Below are positions 38,842 through 51,969 of a stretch of DNA of 64,000 nucleotides, piece by piece. Within the stretch, counting starts at the first letter, position 1, and the number at the start of each line of letters is the position of its first letter. The stretch covers positions 868,001-932,000 of the forward strand of contig OZ287068.1 of NCBI GenBank assembly GCA_965645245.1, given 5' to 3'. The position numbers were made by a program, and so were the translations under genes. The notes below the pieces were generated by a model that saw nothing but the letters and a program-made list of their open reading frames with translations, was not told the origin of the DNA and ran no database searches. The stretch is from Massalongia carnosa. Lineage: Eukaryota.

Positions 38842-39830
38842 TTATTCTTCAGGAACATAAAGGTCCAACCCGCCAAAAACCCTAGGTTTCTCCTCCTCCC
38901 CTCCCCCCTTCTCGCTCTTCACACCCCCACTAGCCGCTTCGTCCCGCTTCTCCTTGGCCCCACCGCCGCTAGCTTTCTCCACCTGCTGATCGACCAGTAT
39001 GGCGGCGTCGCTAGGCCCGTTATATATGTCCGGTTTCATGTCCATGGCGCTGTCGATGTTTTTACTGGTGGGGTCGATGCCTTGCTCGATCAATACTTGG
39101 ATTTGCCCCAGGGCACCTTGGCGGATAATGTCCTCAGAGGGCCAGGGTACGAAGGGCGTTTGCGTGAACTGGTCAAGCCATTGCACTTCCTGCTGGTCGA
39201 GGGACGAGACGCCGATGCCTTCGGCTCCTGGCTCATGGGGTGGGGCGTTTGTGAAAGGAGCGTCTAGAGGTTGCTGGCTGGCTTGGTCGTTTGCTGGGGC
39301 GCCGTTTGTGGAAGAGATTTGTGGTGGTGGTGCGGGCTGGGATTGACGGGTGGTGGTAGCATCAGGGGGTTCGGAGGCAGGGATTGGAGGGCGCAAGGTG
39401 GGCGGCACGGTGTATTTGCTAATGCGTTTGGCGTAGTCAAGCAAATCTGTATACGGTACGTTGCACCGATCAGGGGGATACGCTGTCGCGGGCGTGGCAA
39501 GAATCTCTTTGCGGATGTCGGCGAGACGAGTCATGTTTGTGGTGATGGTTTGGTTGAGGGCATTGGCTGTTTCGCGGAGCTGGAGGATGTAGACGTGGTT
39601 TGCTTGGTGGATTTTCACTGCGCGGGGGATTTTTAGTTGTGATTTTCTGTTTCTTAAACGAGTTTGAGAGGGTGGGGGTTACGTTGCTTGACTCCTTGAT
39701 TGAGTTGGTCATCGGCTGCAAGAAGGTCGGTCGCGGCGGTGATGGAGGGATTGTAGGATGCGATAGAGTCAATTAGGGTGTTGAGGGCGGTTTCTACTCG
39801 ATCGAGCTGGCTTTGAAGGTTAGCGTCCAT
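38842..39830 (-). CDS. MED4: Mediator subunit 4
   Basis: RVETALNTLIDSIASYNPS, LLDYAKRISKYTVPP, PWPSEDIIRQGAL; intron 39682-39618. Confidence 0.88.
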
Positions 39831-40435
39831 GGCAATGGAGGCTCGTAGGCGTTGAATGAATGATTGTCAGATGAACAGAGTACTCCGCCCTTGAGGTGAA
39901 GAATGTAAGATGTGATGCTTAGTAAATCGGTGGAATGGAACATAGTTACTCCGTAGATGTATCGAGAAGGTTAACTATCGGATGAGGGGAACCCGATTTC
40001 AACCCCACCAAGCTCGACCATGCAGGGACAAGCGCGAAGAAGATGAACAGGTAGCCACATAGTCTAGATACCGTTGTAGTCCCTTCAGTCCTTGAGCCCT
40101 CCTTCCAGCCCCATCATCAGAAAAGTCTTTCTCTTAACTTACTTATTCCTTCCTATACTTCCAAAGATTCTCTACCACTACTGCTATTGTCCTTTGCCCC
40201 GCTTCAAATAGAGATATAATTTGACCCGAAAAACCGGCAGGCAAAAACCAACATAACATACATAAAGGGATTGTACCTAAGAATTATCTTCGAATACATA
40301 GCCCCTCCCGTCTTGTCTGGCCAATATCGTACTGGTAACGTTAGGCGCTTAGCCATCAACGTCATCGAAGTGCACGATTTCCCAACTGTCGCTCCTACTT
40401 CTTCGAACTTTTGCTGAGTGGCGTGAGCAGTGTCC

Positions 40436-41629
40436 ATGGGCAATCGGTGAGCGCTACTATATTCTCTGCCTGTTTCGCCTGTTTCTCTCCGCATGGAGCT
40501 GCCTGTCGAGCTACCATCTTGGTTTCTACCGATAAGGCAATAAAGACGGCGCATGTTTAGGTATGGGGATATGTACCAGGGAAGATGTATCATATAACCT
40601 CGACACCTGTGTTGTTCTTGCGAGGCTATCACTACATTTCTTCGTGAAAAGTTCTATTTAGCGCAGGATAGGTTGGGATAAAGTCAGCAAGCAGTGGACA
40701 ACGTACTTTGGGGCGCTGCGCATTTAATCGATATTCCTCCATCCCGTTAGGTGGAGTTCAAGCAGCAGAAGTGACGAAAGGCTAGCCATAATCATCTTCC
40801 ACGCACCTTTGTTTGGATCTTGCGATATTGCGGAAGTGAATTGTGCTATAAAAATGCTGACTTCTACGCAAAGCCAGTCGAAGCTCTCGCAAGAGCAGCT
40901 GAACCAACTCCAGAAAGATACTCACTTCGACAAGAAAGAGCTTCAGCAATGGTACAAAGGTCCGTTTCGCCTCTGCTCATATTGCTTCTCTTAGCCCAAC
41001 TAACTGAGCCGCTTTACATCTAGGATTTCTCAAAGACTGCCCGAGCGGGATGCTTACCAAAGAAGAGTTCCAAAAGATCTACAAGCAATTTTTTCCCTTT
41101 GGTGATCCAACTTCATTCGCCGACTACGTGTTCAATGTGTTCGATTCGGACAAGTCGGGCTCGATTGATTTTAAAGAGTTCATCTGCGCCCTAAGCGTCA
41201 CGTCGAGGGGAAAGATGGAGGATAAGTTGGACTGGGCGTTTCAGCTCTACGATATCGATGGAGATGGGAAGATCAGTTATGACGAGATGTTACAGATCGT
41301 GGAGGCAATCTACAAAATGGTGTGTTTGCATTCTCTTACTTTACGCTAATGATGCCCCGCTTTTGCGATAAGGATTTCCCCTTTTGGCACCAACAATTCT
41401 CTGTCTTTCGTGACTTTCCTATACATTTAGCTTACCAATCGCGATCAAGGTTGGCTCAATGGTCAAGCTCCCCGCCGATGAAGACACGCCGGAAAAACGA
41501 GTGAAGAAAATCTTCCGCATGATGGACAAAGACGAAAACGGTTCACTTGACATGGCCGAGTTCAAGGAAGGAAGCCAGCGCGACGAAACGATTGTGTCGG
41601 CGCTCTCGCTGTACGATGGCTTGGTCTAA
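40436..41629 (+). CDS. FRQ1: Frequenin / neuronal calcium sensor-1 EF-hand protein, 4 exons
   Basis: Exons 40436-40446, 40874-40959, 41024-41319, 41450-41629; [18 protein letters not shown]-hand loops [27 protein letters not shown]. Confidence 0.93.
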
Positions 41630-43175
41630 TGAATGTTGAGGGGGTGTGTGTGGGTGGTGTGCTTCAAGGAGGAAAGGGGTTTGTGAATACATATTTGGCC
41701 TTTTTTGCTTCGTTGAGTGAGAGGGGTTTGAAATGAGGGCAGCAAGAGGACACAAGAGGTGGGAAGGGGAGGGGGAAAAGAGGGGAAGCGGCCTGTACGG
41801 CTAGGGACGATTGATGTAACATGCATTAAGACAGGAATGTGGCAGAAGGTGGGCCTGAACACGCTGTACGGTATATACCCTGGACCGTTTCGCTCCGGAC
41901 TTTTCGTGGAGCAGCAAATCGTTTCCTGTGTCGGCTTGATTCAACTTCATTTCCTTCCCCACTAATTCTCTCTTCCTCATCGTCCTCATCGTCGTCGTAC
42001 CACTCAGCACGCAGAGCATCATCTCTGGGTTTAAGCCGTGAAGCCTTTTTCGAGATCTTATCTTCATCATTTGTTAGGGTTTTGTCATTACTGAACTGTT
42101 GTGAAGGCTACCTTTAAACCACTTAATCCATCTGTCTATGTAATCAAGCTGGCGCAGGCACATATCTACAAACCTAAGTGCCTGGGTAGGTAGGTAGGTG
42201 GCTTACATAGTTTTGCTCGTTCATTCATTCACTCACTCACTCATTCACTCACTCACCCACTCCCTCTCCTCCACTTCTTTGTGCGCGCTGCTTTGTTGCT
42301 TACTTTGTTACTTTGTTCGGTAGCTTTGCTTTGCTTGATGAGATGAATTGAAAGGGGCGAGGTAAGGTGAGTTTCTCTGTCGTCATCGTCATCTTCCTCT
42401 TCTTGATCTTGAGGCTTTAGTTGGCGGGACAAAAGATGCAGATAGGAGGGAAAGGAATGGGCTGAGCTCAATACTTAGCGATAGGATATTTAAGGGACTT
42501 TTTATACTTATATAGGGAACTTGCGAGAATGGGACGAGAGGCAGATGTATGGGGCTAGCGAGATATGGCTTTGGGAGGTGTAGAGAAAACTGAAATGGCG
42601 GACAACCATGTATGGAGAAGAGCCAAGCAACAGATTCCTCAAGTAGTGGAGGGTTTCCCTTTAGCGCCTGTCAGTCGCCAAGGCCAATGTGACGAAGATA
42701 AAGGTGGATATGTAGGTAGCTATATCATAACGCTATATAAGCCATGGCGAATGACCTGGAATCATGTCTACCACGAGATGAGGAGAGGTTTCGCCTTGGA
42801 GCCATCTGCCAGCGGAACAGGGTTCTGATAGAGCTGTCTGGCTAAGCCATGTATTAAGTAGTACTATAGCGTTTTGTGCACGCGTCCGTTCGCCCGCCTG
42901 TGATGCTTGAGATCTTGATTATCCCTTCCCCCAAAACAGCTATCCTTAAGGTGATAAGCCCCAAGAGATTGCCTTTAGCACTAAAAATGCAGTTTCTTAG
43001 ATGTCGAGTTGATGATTCTAGCCCACAAAAAGCCCACCAATTTTAATTAGGAGCGAGCCGATAGGATGAAATAGGGTCCTAGGAAATCCGAGTTAAGAGT
43101 AACTGATTGTAATGCAAGCGTGTCTTATCCAATCTCCAACTTTGTCTTTGCGAGTTCACAGAGGGATGTGTCTGG

Positions 43176-43527
43176 TCAAAAAACACCCCTGATAAAATCC
43201 CAGAAGTTGGGGATATCTTTTCTGTTGTCCTTTATTGCTTTCCGGTCATCCGGGACGTCGTTGCATATACAGTCTGGTTGCGCACATAAATCGTCGTGGG
43301 TGGACGAGCAGGCTTCGTAGATTAAGACTCCGAAAGGATCATAACAAGACGCGCACAAATTGGGGGAATTGCAAACCTAGTCCAATGAGGTGGAGTCAGC
43401 TCTGCAATTGCATAGGGGACTCATGAGTAATATAACTTGTCCGGAGGGTATTTACTTCGTCGCCGCACTCGACACTTGCGGCGCATCGTAAGAGCAGCGT
43501 CAATAGAAGGAGGAGGATGGCTCGCAT
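43176..43527 (-). CDS. Small secreted cysteine-rich protein, 90 aa, 2 exons
   Basis: Exon 1 43527-43456 MRAILLLLLTLLLRCAASVECGDE; phase-0 intron GTAAAT..GCTGAC..TAG at 43455-43377; exon 2 in frame with ORF 43176-43358. Confidence 0.78.
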
Positions 43528-43769
43528 GTTGGAAACTAGATGATTTTACGGAATCCAGAGCGGATCATGCTCTTTATATGAATAATAATTCTTCAATGGC
43601 GGAAACCAGAACCAGGATCTCCAAACAGACTATTCATCGTAACGACGGCATGTTTTCCAGCTATAATACTTATCTATAGCTTGAAACCAACAACACTAAG
43701 ACAAGGAAAGCAGAAAACACGGCAGAGGTCCGAGGCCATGTACGAGTACAGAGCACGACCATCCAACCA

Positions 43770-45402
43770 CAGTACGAAGGATGACGCTGAAAGTCCTTGC
43801 TAACGCTAAATATGCAGCTAAAAAAGCCACTTTACATGGGTATATTTGCATGGATAGATATTTATTACATATCAATCAATCGAATAATCACATGAAACTA
43901 TTTAGAGTTACCACCTCCATCATCTTTATCACTCACATTCATCGCTGTCAGTGCTTTTTCGTTTGAGATGAGCGCGATGATATCGAAAACGGCGATCTTC
44001 TTTATTATACGGTCGTACGACTCCGATCTCTCTACCTTCTCTATACTCGTTACCTCCGTCCAACAATATCACCTCGTCAACATGTCGCTTTATACGTTCA
44101 ATCCAGGACTGAATTCTTTTCTGCCTCAACTCCTCCGTCCAGCACTTTGTCCAGGCCTTTTCAGCCTCAATACGAGTCCGCGGAGCACCTAATCGAGTGG
44201 TTCTTCGCTTCATCCAGAACCAACAAGGCTCGATCATGTTCAGATCAGGAGAATTTCCAGGCCATAACAGACGCATGACGTTGAAATCCATAAAGATCAG
44301 ATTTTGATGTTTGGATGCGTGACTGGGGGCCTTGTCTTCCTGTACGATAGTGTTTGGTCGATCTATCATACATTCTTTTGCAAACGGAAGAAGCTTAGGA
44401 ATTAAGACGAGTTTTGATAACGATACCAGTCCACACCTCCCTTGCCATCTCGAACGACTTTACCGTGTGTTTTATCCCATTTCCAGATAGTTTTCGACCT
44501 CCTGGATTACGTAGCTTCATTCGTCTCATGCTGGTTTCTAACTCCCAATTCTCTTTAGCTTCTGATTCTAAAGTCTCATTGAGTTTATCTAACTCAATTT
44601 GAGCCTCTCTTTTCTCTTTTGCAGTCTCTGTTTTCCAGATATGAAAAGGTCCTTTCTTTTCGTACGAAAAACAGCCCCAAAACAAAAACTCGGAGCATCC
44701 TTTCCATCTACGTCGAATACACGTTTTAGCATACATTTCTTTCGAGGTACGCCACTAAGTCTTCTTCCACGTCTAGAACCCAATATAATGCTTGTTTCGT
44801 CAGTCCATACAACGTTCTTCCAATCATCAATAGTCCAGTGCTGATATCGCAAACAAAATTACAGACGAGCCTCTTTCATGATCGAATCTAGACCTGGCTT
44901 TTTCGTGCTTTTACAGGGGCGAAACCCATTCTGTTTAAGCGTACGAAGTATAGTAGTGGAGGAGAGTTTATGATCAAAGCCAATCATAGCTGATGATTTT
45001 TCTCTGCTATTTCGATCTTGCACTACATTATTCAATATAGCTTGCTCTACCTCCGGTGTAACCTTTTTGGGTCGTCCTGAACGAGGTGCATCTTCTATGT
45101 ATTCTACTTTTAAAACACGAGATACAGTTGGATCATATCCACGCTGTCGTGCTTTGATTTTGAGAGCTGAAATCGATCTTGTGGAGACTCCAGTCACTTC
45201 TTGCACGATTTTCGCCGCAATTCCGTGTTCTACAAGCGCTAAAGCCTGTATTCTTTGTGCAATCGTGAGACTATTGCTCTGTGCATTGGGCATGATAATG
45301 ATGATGAATAAAACCTTCTACTGAATATCAGATGTAGTAGTACTGTCTTTTTGACGAAGAGAACAGAAGCAATTCGAGATTTTCTAGACTATTTTAGTAC
45401 TG
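43770..45402 (-). mobile_element. Degenerate Tc1-like DD34E transposon (transposase 45293-43929), related to the 14.7-kb element
   Basis: SGRPKK, WTDET, QEDKAPSHASKHQ, RLLWPGNSPDLNMIEPCW; one stop and several frameshifts. Ends are uncertain, with only a weak CAGTAC inverted match. Confidence 0.8.
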
Positions 45403-45758
45403 TATTCCCCTTGTAAGCTAATAAACACTAATGCACGTCTCATGTACGCTAGCAAGGCCTAGAAGTGGACCCGTCAAGCGTGTTTTATGATATGAAAACA
45501 TGCTCCCCTCACACACACATATACGGAACGGAAGTAATCTTTATGAAACATTCGGGACGTCTGGAACGGTGATCGATGAGTTTATCCTTGATCCTCCACT
45601 TGGTCTTCTATCATCCACCATTTGAACATGTAAAGTTATGATGACAGTAAGTCACATTTGCTCATATTGGTGCTACTGTCTGAGAAGAAATCGATTTACT
45701 CAAGGACCTAGGAGCAAGCAGTATTCCCAAAGAAGAAAACAGTAGGTCATGTTAGAGC

Positions 45759-45782
45759 GAGAGAGAGAGAGAGAGAGAGAGA
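45759..45782. repeat. (GA)12 microsatellite
   Basis: Read directly from the sequence. Confidence 0.85.
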
Positions 45783-46329
45783 ACGGCATGGCTGGCTGGG
45801 GTGGCACAGCGTCGGGACGGTTGGGTAGGCAGGTACGTTTACGTCATACCTAAATTGAACAACAGTTTCTTTGAAAACCGAGGATATTCTAATTATCCGT
45901 AGCCGTGCACGCTGAACCCCTAATCGAGTATTAGCTTAGTCAGCTTGAATGGTGGAATGCAGGGATCAGGAGCGCGGACAGCTGTCCTAAATTTACTTAC
46001 CATCCTGTAGTTTTTCTCGCTCCTCACCCCGTACGATCACGTCTGACTCAACCACATTGTCGACTACATCCAGACGTGTCCCTCTACCTCTATGAAACTG
46101 ATCAAGGGACGAGACTTCGCTCCAATCGATGAACAAACCTTAAAAAGAACTTCTGTCTTGTGCCTTATACGTACCGGGCCAAAATAAAGCTTGGGCTGTT
46201 AAAGTAGGTGCCTGAAAGATCGTTGGAGGAGTTTTCATCATTGAAGCTTTGAAATGAGCTCGTTGATGTCATGCTGATCTCTCTGGACTCTAGTCGCCCC
46301 AAAATCTAACTGATCCTAATCGAGTAGTC

Positions 46330-48393
46330 ATGCACCTCCCCAAACCACATTGCGCTGGCGTGGCTCTCTCCATTCTCATACACCTTAGAATCACCTCTGC
46401 GTTCTACCTTCCGGGTGTTGCGCCTACATCTTATGCGATCGGTGCGAATGTACCACTCAATGTTAACCGTTTAACGCCGGCGGAATCGGATAGAGACCCC
46501 CAGCTCCATTCGTTGGTGCCGTACGATTACTACCACCCAGCATTCCACTTTTGTAAACCAGAAGGAGGTGCAAAATATGTGTCGGAATCATTGGGTAGTA
46601 TACTGTTTGGCGATCGGATATTAACATCCCCGTTCGAGCTAAAAATGATGCAGAACGAAACCTGCAAGGCCCTATGCAAAGAACAAACGTTCGATCGGCC
46701 AAGTACCCTTTTTGTAAACCAAAGAATATTGCAGAACTACAACCTGAACTGGTTGATTGACGGGCTTCCGGCGGGGCAGCCCTACATAGACCTTGCGACG
46801 AATACTGACTTCACCCGTCGAGGCTTTCCGCTTGGGAGGGTGTCCGAGGGGAAGCCATTTATCAACAATCATTTTGACATTAATGTTGATTACCACGAAG
46901 CCGGGAATGCCGAATACCGAGTGGTTGGCGTTTCTGTTATCCCGAGCTCGAGACGTGATGCAAAGGTGTTGGGGGATGGAAAAGTCGATTGCGGCGACTT
47001 TGATAATCACTTGGCGCTGGATGAGAAGGGAGACTCCGCCGTAACATGGACCTACAGTGTTTCCTGGAAAGAGTCCAAGACCGCATGGGCTACACGATGG
47101 GATACGTATCTACATGTGTACGACCCAAAGATTCATTGGTTCTCCCTCATTAGCTCCACAATTATAGTCATCTTCCTTTGTGGGATGGTCGGGGCGATTC
47201 TCATGAGGGCGTTGAAGAAAGATATTGCACGGTACAATAGGCTTGATTCATTTAATCTTGATGATCTCTCGGGCACGAACGGAGAAGTTGAGGAAGGTGT
47301 TCAAGAAGACTCAGGCTGGAAGCTCGTTCACGGCGATGTCTTTAGGACGCCGAAAAATCCTCTTCTCCTCAGCGTTTTCTTGGGAAACGGGTCTCAGCTC
47401 TTCGTTATGACCGGCACTACTCTTTTGTTTGCGCTCCTTGGCTTCCTCTCCCCGTCCAACCGTGGTTCACTGGGTGGAGCGATGATTCTCCTCTATACCA
47501 TATTTGGATTCATCGGTGGTTATGTCTCAGCCCGTGTCTACAAAACCTTTGGGGGGGAAGCATGGAAACTCAATATTGTGATGACGCCCGTTCTCATCCC
47601 GGGAATTGTCTTCGCCACGTTCTTTCTTCTAAACTTTTTTCTCGTATTTAAAGGGTCGAGTGGCGCGGTGCCGTTCACCACCATGCTTGTCGTATTAGCT
47701 ATCTGGTTTCTTATTAGCGTTCCATTGAGCTTTGCGGGAAGTTGGATTGGCTTCAGGCACCTTGTAAGCAATGCCCTTTTTCCAAACAAACCTAGGAAGA
47801 CTCTGGTGATCGATGAAGCTGATATTCCCCCAGCCAGTTCAACCACCGGTCCGAGTCAACCAGATTCCACGCCAGATTCCTCCAAGCATAAACTATCTTC
47901 GCCCTTTATGGTCCATGGCCCTTGTGGGCCTCCTTCCCTTTGGGGCAATTTTTGTTGAGCTATTTTACATCATGAATAACATGTGGTTTGGGAAACTCTA
48001 CTACATGTTCGGCTTTCTATTCCTTTGCTACGGTATCATGATCCTTACTTGTGCCGCCGTTACCGTCTTGTTGGTTTATTTTCTGCTGTGCAGCGAGAAC
48101 TATCATTGGCAATGGAGGGCATTTACCGCTGCAGGGGCTTCTGCAGGGTATGTGTTTGCTAACGCTTTACTTTACTGGTTCAGCCAGCTCAGCTTTGGGA
48201 GTTTTACCTCTGGTGTTCTCTACATCGGCTATAGCGCGCTGGTCAGTTTCTTGTTCTTCATTTTAACCGGTAAGTGCAATGTCCATTACACTGGGGGAGT
48301 CGACAACCTGCTGATATCAGTACAGGGACCATTGGCTTCTTCTCGAGTTGGGCATTTGTACACAGGATCTATGGGTCAATCAAGATCGATTAG
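46330..48393 (+). CDS. Nonaspanin / TM9SF endomembrane protein (Emp70/Tmn2-like), 3 exons
   Basis: Signal peptide then FYLPGVAP; IHWFSL, DSGWKLVHGDVFR, ENYHWQWR; C-terminal IKID; introns ~47764-47833 and 48270-48325. Confidence 0.93.
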
Positions 48394-48780
48394 GTCCGTC
48401 CCGGTTTATAGAACTTCTCAATTGGCAGTATCATGGGGTTTGTATCATATCGTGGATGGTTAGGTGCACGGAGGATTTATAAACGTTGGTTGTTCAAAAT
48501 TGTTGAGACAAAACTAGTCGAGGAGTATCATCGAAAATGATAATACTTGAAATAATTTAAATTGTATTTGATCATGCGCCCATAATTCTCTTTATTTTGA
48601 AGTGATGGCCCCAGGCCCCAGCTTCGCATCAGTGGTTACAGAGCTGGACGCTGAACGCCTTAAACATCAATTATTCATTGCTAGTGCCTCGATGTTCGCT
48701 GACTAATCGCGAAAAACTTCCTTGCGTAAGTCCATTTCAAAATCTTGACCAACACACCAAAAGAAATCTACAGCATCAGG

Positions 48781-49728
48781 ATGGTCGCCCCTACCCTCAT
48801 CGCTGCAATAGACTCTTCTCTTACCTCAGCTGTCGACTCTCTCCCTACACTCACCGCCCTGCAACCCCCGGACGATGGCATCTCCCTGCTATCTGTAAAA
48901 AACGAGCTCCTCCTCGCCTACCTCCAAAACCTTGTCCTTCTCCTCCTTATTAAACTCCGCGCCGTATCCCCTCAGTCTTCATCTCCCTCCTCCCTTATCA
49001 TCTCATCAGAATCGCTTAGGGCCTCTTCTCCTATTGCCGCACCTCCTACTAGTACTACAGGCGACCCCGTCCACGATGCCGTGGTGCAAAACCTCGTCAC
49101 GATCCGCATTTACTTGGAAAAAGGCGTACGTCCGCTAGAATCGCGGCTAAAATATCAACTTGACAAACTGCTTCTTGCCGTTGCTGAGGAATCGGCTTCC
49201 GCTCACTTCGCCACCAACGGGGTGACACCTCTCTTACTCGACCACGATAACAAAATCAATAATGATAACGATGCCCCACCCGCCATATCAGCCCTCTCCT
49301 ACCGCCCTAACCCTTCCTCTTTTCTCCCGCCTGCAACCGCCAGGTCTCATCCCGCAACCAGCGCCTCCAAGCTCTATCGCCCTCCTCATATAACTCCCAC
49401 TACCCTTCCCCAATCTTCCAAAAACCCTCCGCGACCCCGTAAATCCGCCACTCTGGATACTTTCGTGCGCGAGGAAATGACCGACGCCCCGGTACCGGAG
49501 ATGAGCATCGGCGCCGGCAACGGGCTGCGAGGGCGGGAAGCCGAGAGGGAGAGGGAACGAAGAGGGTACGAGGAGGGGAGGTTGGTGAGATTGCCGGAAG
49601 AGAAGAAAAAAGGGGGGAAGAGGAAGAGGATGGAAGGAGAGGATTGGTTTGGTGTTGGGGAGTTTGGCGATGGGCAAAGAAGTGGTGGGAAGAGGGAAAA
49701 GGGGGGAAAGAAGGGAAAACGGAGGTGA
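48781..49728 (+). CDS. LCP5: Sas10/Utp3/C1D-family U3 snoRNP protein, Lcp5/neuroguidin-like
   Basis: GISLLSVKNELLLAYL, RIYLEKGVRPLESRLKYQLDKLL, YRPNP, YRPP, YEE..LVRLP, basic tail. Confidence 0.85.
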   Translation: MVAPTLIAAIDSSLTSAVDSLPTLTALQPPDDGISLLSVKNELLLAYLQNLVLLLLIKLRAVSPQSSSPSSLIISSESLRASSPIAAPPTSTTGDPVHDAVVQNLVTIRIYLEKGVRPLESRLKYQLDKLLLAVAEESASAHFATNGVTPLLLDHDNKINNDNDAPPAISALSYRPNPSSFLPPATARSHPATSASKLYRPPHITPTTLPQSSKNPPRPRKSATLDTFVREEMTDAPVPEMSIGAGNGLRGREAERERERRGYEEGRLVRLPEEKKKGGKRKRMEGEDWFGVGEFGDGQRSGGKREKGGKKGKRR

Positions 49729-50172
49729 AAGTACCCAGCGGATAAGGCACGGAGCAGACTTCTAAGCTCTAAGCTTTGCCTGATGGCTCTGGTGGGAAGT
49801 TTTGACAGGGGCACGATTCCATGGATGGCGAATTTGCGATATGTGGTGGAACCCAGACGCTTAAGATACCACTTTAGCTGTTAGGGTGTTGCTATCTCCT
49901 AAAAGACATATCTAACTACAATTCTCTTGCATCAGGGAATATTACAAGTTTGTGAAGACCCATTACATCAGAAAAATCGAGTTTTCTTAATAGCCGGGAC
50001 TTCAGAGATTAGGTTGTATCAACAAGGTTATAGAGACCGTTTTTCAAGAAGTTTTATTCATACCGGCGTTACCACGCTTATGTCATCGCCATCGCCTAAT
50101 GGTTTTCCTCATCATCAATTCATGAGATTCCTTCCCAACCGTCCGTCCGATACCATATTCGCAGAAACCCGC

Positions 50173-51788
50173 TCATTCGTGCCGCTTCCGTCTCATCCCC
50201 AGCCCATTCCTTAGGTGATCCTCTTTTTCTACGATCTTGAGTGGCACCCAGCTACCCACGCCAAAGAAGACGAAAAGCGCCCATTTCCAGCGGAACGGAT
50301 TGATAGCGATGCAAAATGCGAACCAATATAGAAGCTCGGCGTAGGTGAAGAAGTCGAAAGCGGCGGTGGGGGCGCGTCGCTTGAGGAACTGCGTCAGGCG
50401 GATCCAGCGCTTCATCCAGGCCGGGTGCGGGCGAGCGAGCGGGTCGACGAGGAAGACGAGCAGCAGGCGCGTGTAGATGCCGATGTGGTAGTTGCCCACG
50501 GTGCCAATAGCGTTGACGTACGTGCAGTTGGCGGCGCAAATGCTTATGTGTTGCGGGGGGAAGACTTGGAGGTACCATTTGGGCGGTTCGAAGGGGGGCT
50601 GGAATACCTCGTTGGGCAGGAAGGAGAGGCTGGGGCGCTGGTATCCCGTGGCCATGATTACCATGTCGCCCGTAATCTCTTCTTCCCACCCCGGGCCATT
50701 CTTAGGGACGCCGGCAGCGCGGTGATTGAAGCGGATGCCGCGCTCTGCGAAGCCGAGGATGTCGCCGCGGAGCCACTCGGCTTTTTTGTCACGGATTTGT
50801 TGGAAGATGTTGGAGTTTACCATGGGCGTTCCCGTGAAAAGGCCGTCGGATGTGGGTGCCAGATCGGATAGGTCCCGATAAAAAAAAATTCGAAGTAGCG
50901 ATTCGGGAATCCAAGAGAGAAAGGTCTCCTGGCCGAAGACGTTGAGCGCGAGGAGTGTATCCACCAAGGCATTACGTGGGATAATCCATTTTTCAGACCG
51001 AGCGAGTACCGAGGTCGAGGCGGCATTTGTCTTGACAACAAATTCTAGCGCTTCAACTGCTGAAGCTCCTCCACCGATGATCAGCACTTTCTTGCCTGCT
51101 GCTGTTTTGCCGTCGAGCTGTGATGAGTGGAAAATCTCGCCTCTAAAAGTGTCCTGACGGGGAATATGGGGTATTTTGGGCTGGGCTATGTTTAGCTGGG
51201 CTTACGCTTCTGCTGTAACACCCTCAACCTACCTCCCCGCAAGTACCAACGGCAGCTATCACCCCATCATAGCTTCCATTAGAGGGATCATTGATGATCC
51301 ATCGTCTATTTGTATCTTGCGTGACGGATGTGACTCGACAGTTGAACTTGGTATGTTCCTCCAACCCGTATCGTTTCCACAACTGGGTGATTTGCGACAC
51401 AATCTGCTGGCGATCCGGGTATCCTGCATTCCACCGCACTGAAGGATGGAAGCGATACATGATGCTATGAATCTGCAGGCCTGAGGTATTTTTTACGCGC
51501 TAGGGTACCATCATCAAAAAGCCGTTAACGGGCACCTAACAGGCTTTGAATTCTCACACTCCAGATGCCTCCAAGCCCCTTTTCGTCACCTGCCTCGAAG
51601 ATGGTGACATCAAAGCCATGGCCAATGCAATGGGAGGCCGCTGATACGCCCGTTAGGCCAGCGCCGATGATGGCGATTCGGGGCCTGCTTAGGATGGCAT
51701 TTGGAGGCGGGGGAGCGGGTGAGAGTAGCTTATCCAGAACCCATTGAATCCATGAATAGATGTAAAGGAAATGGTTACTGTTCGACAT
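50173..51788 (-). CDS. Flavin-binding monooxygenase-like protein, 3 exons
   Basis: IIGAGLTG (FAD binding), FHSS, IIGGGAS (NADP binding), MATGY; alternative upstream ATG at 51860. Confidence 0.85.
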
Positions 51789-51969
51789 GTCGCTTTTCCA
51801 ACTTTTGATTAATGAACTGCTATGTAGATGAGGTAGATAAGGACCATAGGTAAGGGCCATAGGTATTTCCCTACCTTAGCTCCTTGCCGGGTAGGTAGTG
51901 AAGTTGAAGAGCTCCCACTGTGACGTCATCGGAGTGGGAAGGAGCGGATAAGCTTGTATGTACTCCGTA

